Both the position numbers and the translations under genes were made by a program. From positions 1 to 32,015 of IMG/VR virus record IMGVR_UViG_3300033076_000385: 32,015 nt of DNA; one strand, 5' to 3'. The notes beneath the pieces were generated by a model. The model did no database searches. It was not told where the DNA came from and saw only the letters and a list, made by a program, of their open reading frames with translations. Shown in pieces: positions 26,864 to 32,015 of the stretch; the first letter of the stretch is position 1; each line of letters begins with the position of its first letter. This stretch comes from a virus. Its lineage: Duplodnaviria; Caudoviricetes.

Positions 26864-27490
26864 CTACTTATTAAATGACACTATACTGAATCTTGGATTT
26901 TTAGCAAAATGTTGTACAGTACTTACAAAATGTGGTTGTCTAAAAACTTGGTTGTTCAATAGTACAACTCTATTAAATTTTGGAAAAATTTGTTTATTGT
27001 ATTCAATATCAACATCAGAACAAATGTTTAATATTCCACCCCAATCCCAAACCCATTCTTTGTTCACATAATAAATCGCATTGATTTTACCTGCATAATC
27101 ATCCATATGAACTCTATAGTGGTCGTTATAATCTAATTTATAACATCTAACATCAAAATCATTTAATAAAAAAGGTGAAACCTCATTCAATAACTTAATA
27201 AAATGTTTTTGGAAAATATTAACAACCTCTTGATTCTTTTCTAAATCTTCTGACCTATTAAATGACGCACTATATTCTTCATTTTCATGTGGGAGGTTTG
27301 GTGAATTGGTTTTAAATACATGTGAGTAATGACCTGATTTATTTTGAATCATTCTTTCCCAATTATCGTTTTCCACAAATAAATTATGTAATTTATTTGC
27401 ATCATCAATCGGTAAAAAATCGTCTACCACCGAATAACCAACAGTTAATAGTTCTTCTTTAATATTTTCCATATTTCTATTTATTACCAA
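26864..27490 (-). CDS. 2OG-Fe(II) oxygenase
   Basis: HMD, YYVNKEW.WDWGG, PKFNRVV, PHFVS, PRFSI; the start may be the internal MENIKEE. Confidence 0.85.
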   Translation of the reverse strand: MVINRNMENIKEELLTVGYSVVDDFLPIDDANKLHNLFVENDNWERMIQNKSGHYSHVFKTNSPNLPHENEEYSASFNRSEDLEKNQEVVNIFQKHFIKLLNEVSPFLLNDFDVRCYKLDYNDHYRVHMDDYAGKINAIYYVNKEWVWDWGGILNICSDVDIEYNKQIFPKFNRVVLLNNQVFRQPHFVSTVQHFAKNPRFSIVSFNK

Positions 27491-27891
27491 CTGATTCCCC
27501 AGTCTTTAAATTCTGACGCTAAACAATCAGTTTTATAATCTTTTCTACCTCCAACAACTTCTTGAATTTTATTTTTAGCAGTATTTCTAACACCATTTAG
27601 ACCGTGTGTTAATTCTAAATTTGTATCTTCAGTTTTACCGTATTTTCTGTAGTTTGATTCATTGTGCCAAATATGTAAATTCGTTTGTGCCAATACAACA
27701 ATTGCCCTAATCGTTTCTGCGGTTATTAATTCATCACTGTTTTTTAATATTAAATCAATATCATGTTTAATATCTTTAATTTCCTGAGCATACTCTTCTT
27801 TATGTTCAGGTATGAATTGTTCCTTTAATTGGGAAATACTCATTCTGTCAATTAATTCTGCTAATGTTGGTAAGTACTTACGTTCTGACAT
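27484..27891 (-). CDS. Helical hypothetical protein (DUF4254/DUF6165-like)
   Basis: [25 protein letters not shown] pattern. Confidence 0.55.
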   Translation of the reverse strand: MSERKYLPTLAELIDRMSISQLKEQFIPEHKEEYAQEIKDIKHDIDLILKNSDELITAETIRAIVVLAQTNLHIWHNESNYRKYGKTEDTNLELTHGLNGVRNTAKNKIQEVVGGRKDYKTDCLASEFKDWGISW

Positions 27892-27895
27892 TATT

Positions 27896-28903
27896 TTATC
27901 TGTTTAAAAATTTACGACCATTATTTATTCTTAATCTCCAATAATCCAATAGGTCGTCCATTGTTTTATTAAATGGGATTTGTGGTTCCCATCCGGTTAA
28001 TTCTTTAAATTTACTTGTATCAGGTATTTGTAAATCTGCATCAATTGGTCTCAATCTACTTGGGTCTATTACAATCTCAATGTTCTTTACTGTAGATTTT
28101 GAAATTAGATAATTTAAGGTATCACCCACTTTACATGTATATGTTCCACCTATGTTGTAGTATGCACCTGGTGAGGGATTAATGTTAAGTAACATCCAAT
28201 ACGCTCTTACCGCATCTCTAACATCAGCATAAGTTCTTAATGATTCCAAATTACCAACCAATATCTTAGGTTCTTGAAGACCCTTCTCAATCATCGCTAT
28301 TTGTTTGGCAAATGTTGACTCGTGAAACACATCACCTCTTCTCGGTCCTGTATGTGTAAACATTCTCGTCGTCATTACCATCATTTTATATGCTTCACCA
28401 TAATAACGACCAATTAAATCTGTTCCAACTTTTGATATTGCATATGGTGATGCGGGATGTAAAGAACATTCTTCATTAATTGGTAATTTGTCTTGTGTGA
28501 CTCTACCAAATATTTCACTAGATGCACATACATGTATCATTGCATCTTTATATGGTGATTTTCTAAGTGCTTCTAATAAATTGGCGGTACCTAAAATATT
28601 TGTTTGTAGAGTCTCTAATGGAGAATCGAAACTTGTTTGTGGGTATGACTGAGCACCTAAATGAAAAACATAATCGGGTTTTGAAATCTCGATTGCATTA
28701 ACGATTGATGCATAATCATTTAAATCACCATAAATTAATTCAATTCTTTCTTTTTTATTTATGATGTCTGTAAGATGTTCAATGTTATCCATTGATTCGT
28801 TCCATCTACAAACCCCATAAATTTTAATTGATGGTTTTTCTAATAAGAAATCCATCATATGTGAACCAACCATTCCTAAAACACCTGTTATTAATACGTT
28901 CAT
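27896..28903 (-). CDS. gmd: GDP-mannose 4,6-dehydratase family SDR
   Basis: LITGVLGMVGSH, YGDLND, HLGAQSY..SF, ASSE, SPYAISK, FTHTGPRRG, RPID. Confidence 0.85.
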   Translation of the reverse strand: MNVLITGVLGMVGSHMMDFLLEKPSIKIYGVCRWNESMDNIEHLTDIINKKERIELIYGDLNDYASIVNAIEISKPDYVFHLGAQSYPQTSFDSPLETLQTNILGTANLLEALRKSPYKDAMIHVCASSEIFGRVTQDKLPINEECSLHPASPYAISKVGTDLIGRYYGEAYKMMVMTTRMFTHTGPRRGDVFHESTFAKQIAMIEKGLQEPKILVGNLESLRTYADVRDAVRAYWMLLNINPSPGAYYNIGGTYTCKVGDTLNYLISKSTVKNIEIVIDPSRLRPIDADLQIPDTSKFKELTGWEPQIPFNKTMDDLLDYWRLRINNGRKFLNR

Positions 28904-30045
28904 AAATAAATTTCTTTAAATATATTATGGGTTAAATACCATTTTTCATCTTGATTAAGTGTTCCTGACATGACCGAATTAAAATCCCTTAAATTATGAT
29001 GATATTCGTACATATTTTCTTTAATTAATGTTTTTAACATATCAGGTATATAGTCATCATTATAAACAATATTTGTTGCAATATCAATATTTGATTCCAC
29101 CGAACTACGAACACTTTCAAACATTTCGTTATAATTTCTATCTTTTAATCCATATAGATTATCGATAATCCCTAAACATCTGGTTTGTATATTTTCATAT
29201 TCATCAAAATCGTAATTTAAAATATAATCAAATTTTTGAAATCCAATTTTAAATAAACTACGGTGTTGATTTTTGGCTCCCAATATAATAAAAGGTTTAC
29301 CTAATAAAATTGTTCTATATGTTTTTTCGGTATGAAAAATATATTCAACACCTTTTCGATTATATGGAAATGTTTCGGTAACCGTATCAATAACACTATC
29401 AATTCTTAATAAATTTTTTGAGTAGACTTCATGTATATATTCTTTATCGGAATAATCATCTATCCTTAAATTTCTTGGTTTAAAATATTTAAAATCCCAT
29501 GTTGAGTTTTCAAATCTCCAAGTATTAACACCCTTTTCAAACAAATCAAATTTACATAGATAATCCATAAACATACATCTATGGTTTCTATCTTTATTAT
29601 TAAGATTCATATATAATTGTTTGAAGTCTCTATTGGGATTGAATAGGTTTTTTGGTGTATCTCCGTATGCACCAACTATTCCATAGTATGTGTAATGTAA
29701 TAATGCTGTGGGCCAAAATAATACATCAAAATTCTTTATCGGTTTTATATCAAGATTTTTATATGCAACATTTCTATCGCACCCAACTAAAAGAAAACAT
29801 CTTATGTTATTTTTTGTTAGTACATCTTCAAACTTTTGTATGTTTTCATGATGATTTGGATTTTCGTCATAATCGTGTTCCAAATATTCTAAAAATCTGT
29901 GATCGGTCTCTTCAAAAGGTTGCCAAATCATTACATGGTCATCGGGTTTAATTTTTTCAATTAATTCCGTTATGTTAACAATTGATTTATCCAACGGTGT
30001 TGGTAAAATTAAAAGAACATTTTTTTTAAACTTATAATTAACCAT
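28900..30045 (-). CDS. Putative glycosyltransferase-like protein (TEKT...KPF family)
   Basis: LNNKDRNHR, VTET, HTEKTYRTILLGKPFIILG, GFQKFD..NYDFD. Confidence 0.5.
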   Translation of the reverse strand: MVNYKFKKNVLLILPTPLDKSIVNITELIEKIKPDDHVMIWQPFEETDHRFLEYLEHDYDENPNHHENIQKFEDVLTKNNIRCFLLVGCDRNVAYKNLDIKPIKNFDVLFWPTALLHYTYYGIVGAYGDTPKNLFNPNRDFKQLYMNLNNKDRNHRCMFMDYLCKFDLFEKGVNTWRFENSTWDFKYFKPRNLRIDDYSDKEYIHEVYSKNLLRIDSVIDTVTETFPYNRKGVEYIFHTEKTYRTILLGKPFIILGAKNQHRSLFKIGFQKFDYILNYDFDEYENIQTRCLGIIDNLYGLKDRNYNEMFESVRSSVESNIDIATNIVYNDDYIPDMLKTLIKENMYEYHHNLRDFNSVMSGTLNQDEKWYLTHNIFKEIYL

Positions 30046-30991
30046 TTGTTAAAAACCAATTTATAGTCTCTCTTATTCCTTCTTCAAATGTATATGTTGG
30101 TTCAAACCCCAATTCATTTTTAATTCTTTCCGTATTAACCGCCCTAAATGGTATTGTTGTTGGTTTACTGTCATCCCAAACAATTTCAGGTGTCTTTTCG
30201 GTTACTTTCAATATGGTATCTAAAATTTCACCAATGGTTATCCCACCACCATAACCTAAATTATATGGTTTCATCGATTGACCTTTTTCAAGAATTAACA
30301 GTGCACCTTTAACTACATCTTTAACATACAAAAAATCTCTTACCACATCAGGACTACCCCACGCAGTAAATGGGTCTTCATCATCTAACACCCGTTTTAT
30401 TAATGCAGGTACGACATGACATGTTTTAGTGTCGAAATTATCGTGTGGTCCAAATATGGCAGTACATCTTGCTAATGCAATTTTTAATCCTGAAAATTTA
30501 GATACATGTTCCATTAATTTTTCTCTATATCTTCTCATCCAACCATATCCGTAATATGATTTATACGGTTCATCTGTCCAATATTCATCTTCGGTCAATG
30601 GTCTTCTAATATCAGGATAACCAGTTGAACTATTTAAATCCAAAAATTTCTTTACTTTATTTTTGGCACAGGCGTCAAGTACATTACCAATTAAATTAAG
30701 TTGTTTAAGTGAGATTTGAATATCAGTTGGTACCGTAGATGGGTGAGCCACCTCACCGGCACAATGGATAACATAATCAGCACCTTCAGTTAATTTAATA
30801 CAATCATCAATCTTTAATAAATCAATGTTATGAAATATCTGAATGTGTTTGTGTACAAATTGTAATGGTGTTTTGTGTGTATGTGTTCTAACATATGCAC
30901 CTCTTTCGACTAATTCCATTAAAAAATGTGTGCCGATGAATCCTGAACCACCGGTAACAACCACTCTTTTACCTTTTAAAAAATCTTCCAT
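30038..30991 (-). CDS. NAD-dependent epimerase/reductase, GDP-L-fucose synthase-like
   Basis: VVTGGSGFIG, SSTGYP, YGYGWMRR, FGPHDNF, HVVPALI, RDFLYVKD. Confidence 0.85.
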   Translation of the reverse strand: MEDFLKGKRVVVTGGSGFIGTHFLMELVERGAYVRTHTHKTPLQFVHKHIQIFHNIDLLKIDDCIKLTEGADYVIHCAGEVAHPSTVPTDIQISLKQLNLIGNVLDACAKNKVKKFLDLNSSTGYPDIRRPLTEDEYWTDEPYKSYYGYGWMRRYREKLMEHVSKFSGLKIALARCTAIFGPHDNFDTKTCHVVPALIKRVLDDEDPFTAWGSPDVVRDFLYVKDVVKGALLILEKGQSMKPYNLGYGGGITIGEILDTILKVTEKTPEIVWDDSKPTTIPFRAVNTERIKNELGFEPTYTFEEGIRETINWFLTNG

Positions 30992-30992
30992 A

Positions 30993-31973
30993 CTAATGAT
31001 TTACAAACGGGTTATACCTTTTATCTAACATGTCTTTATTATCCAAATACCATTTAGTTGTGAGTTTAATTCCTTCTTCTAAATTAATTAATGGTTTAAT
31101 TCCATATGATTCCGCACGTGTTGTGTCAAATAATCTTATGTCATCACCTTTATAAATTTGTCCTGATATGTTAGACCAACTAACTAAATTTTCTCTATTA
31201 GAATTATTTGTAACAAGTTCAACTACTTCTTTTATTGATTTACCCAATCCTGAACCCAAGTTAATTGGTTCGGTGATTTTTTTCTCAACCGTCATAATCA
31301 TTCCTCTTGCAACATCATCACAATAAATAAAATCCCTAATTGCAGAACCATCACCCATCACCTCTAAAACATTGTTTTCATTTGCCTTTCTAATTAATGA
31401 CGGTACAACCATTGCATTTTCCGGATTGAAGTTATCATATGGTCCGTAGACGTTTGCGGGTCTAACTATTGAGAACCTATCAAATCCATATTGTTTTTTA
31501 TATGTCTCTGTTTGTAATTCGCCAATTCGTTTTGCCCAACCAGCATATTTGTCGTTTGGTGATGGGAAAGTTTCCCATACCGTATCTTCTTTAAAAAGAT
31601 TTGATGGTGAATAAACACCAACAGAACTCGTATATAAAAACCATTCAACGTTAGATTCAAACGCCGCTTGTATCATATTAGTATTGAACTGTAACATAGG
31701 GACCATAAAATCCACCGGTTGTTCGATACACATTTTTGGCGATCCCTTAACACCCGCTAAATGAAAAATAAAATCTTTTCCTTTACAGATTCTTAAACAA
31801 TTATCAAAATATCTTAAATCGATTTGATTGTATTCAACATTATCAAACATGTCGTATGGTGTTGACAAATCGGCTATTGTTATTGTTGTACCCAAATCCA
31901 ATAGTTGTTTTGTTAATGATCTTCCAATCATTCCTCCACCACCTGTTATTAAAACTTTTTTATTTTTAAACAT
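30993..31973 (-). CDS. NAD-dependent epimerase/reductase (extended SDR; Fcl/GME-like)
   Basis: LITGGGGMIG, HLAG, TSSVGVY, YAGWAKR, RPANVYGPYDNF, RDFIY. Confidence 0.85.
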   Translation of the reverse strand: MFKNKKVLITGGGGMIGRSLTKQLLDLGTTITIADLSTPYDMFDNVEYNQIDLRYFDNCLRICKGKDFIFHLAGVKGSPKMCIEQPVDFMVPMLQFNTNMIQAAFESNVEWFLYTSSVGVYSPSNLFKEDTVWETFPSPNDKYAGWAKRIGELQTETYKKQYGFDRFSIVRPANVYGPYDNFNPENAMVVPSLIRKANENNVLEVMGDGSAIRDFIYCDDVARGMIMTVEKKITEPINLGSGLGKSIKEVVELVTNNSNRENLVSWSNISGQIYKGDDIRLFDTTRAESYGIKPLINLEEGIKLTTKWYLDNKDMLDKRYNPFVNH

Positions 31974-32015
31974 TGTTTAGTTGTTTACAAAGATTGATTA
32001 TTTGTTCGTCAGTTA
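31966..32015 (-). CDS. 3' end of an upstream gene (...TDEQIINLCKQLNNV*), possibly a DegT/DnrJ-family PLP enzyme
   Basis: Open frame ending in TAA at 31968-31966 and overlapping the next ATG. Only 15 residues are visible, so the family call is weak. Confidence 0.35.
   Translation of the reverse strand, partial: TDEQIINLCKQLNNV

Noticed and set aside
24103-30995. Stop-codon reassignment, as seen in some large phages
   Set aside because: Genes tile fully under code 11. TAG ends genes at 24103 and 30993 just before the next start, and TGA ends many genes.
1997-31660. Short + strand and nested ORFs in the track (e.g. 1997, 3037, 3191, 4118, 5312, 5332, 7056, 10033, 11088, 23167, 29652, 31466)
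   Set aside because: They lie antisense to or inside well-supported genes and show no motifs.
1804-31973. Ordinary bacterial O-antigen or capsule locus
   Set aside because: No flippase, polymerase, ABC exporter or priming transferase is seen; the oxygenase, halogenase and fibre gene mix fits a large phage better, although no hallmark phage gene is in the window.

Overview
AT-rich, gene-dense window in which every credible gene lies on the minus strand, mostly coupled by ATGA/TAATG overlaps. There are no housekeeping genes. The content fits the accessory 'modification island' of a large (jumbo-type) phage; this is inference, since no capsid, terminase or polymerase gene is in the window. In transcription order (right to left): (1) an NDP-sugar block (two Fcl-like epimerases, Gmd, RmlC, a split TPP-dependent E1 alpha/beta pair); (2) a carbamoyltransferase, four DxD glycosyltransferase-like proteins, SGNH hydrolases and 2OG-Fe(II) oxygenases; (3) an APS kinase/nucleotidyltransferase/DUF2061 cassette; (4) a tailoring block (Trp-halogenase, three sulfotransferase-like proteins, oxygenases) around a 495-aa protein that looks like a circularly permuted ATP-grasp fused to a Hint domain ending in HN, followed by a 28-aa Cys/aromatic-rich peptide; (5) glycosyl/methyltransferases including an Aah/TibC-like protein heptosyltransferase, directly upstream of a Gly-Ser/Thr collagen-like fibre gene that the ORF track missed. 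The main candidate novelty is the self-releasing peptide fusion, plus a shared C-terminal K-x-x-L-I-type tail on about a dozen unrelated enzymes around it. All family calls come from motif recognition by eye, not database searches.
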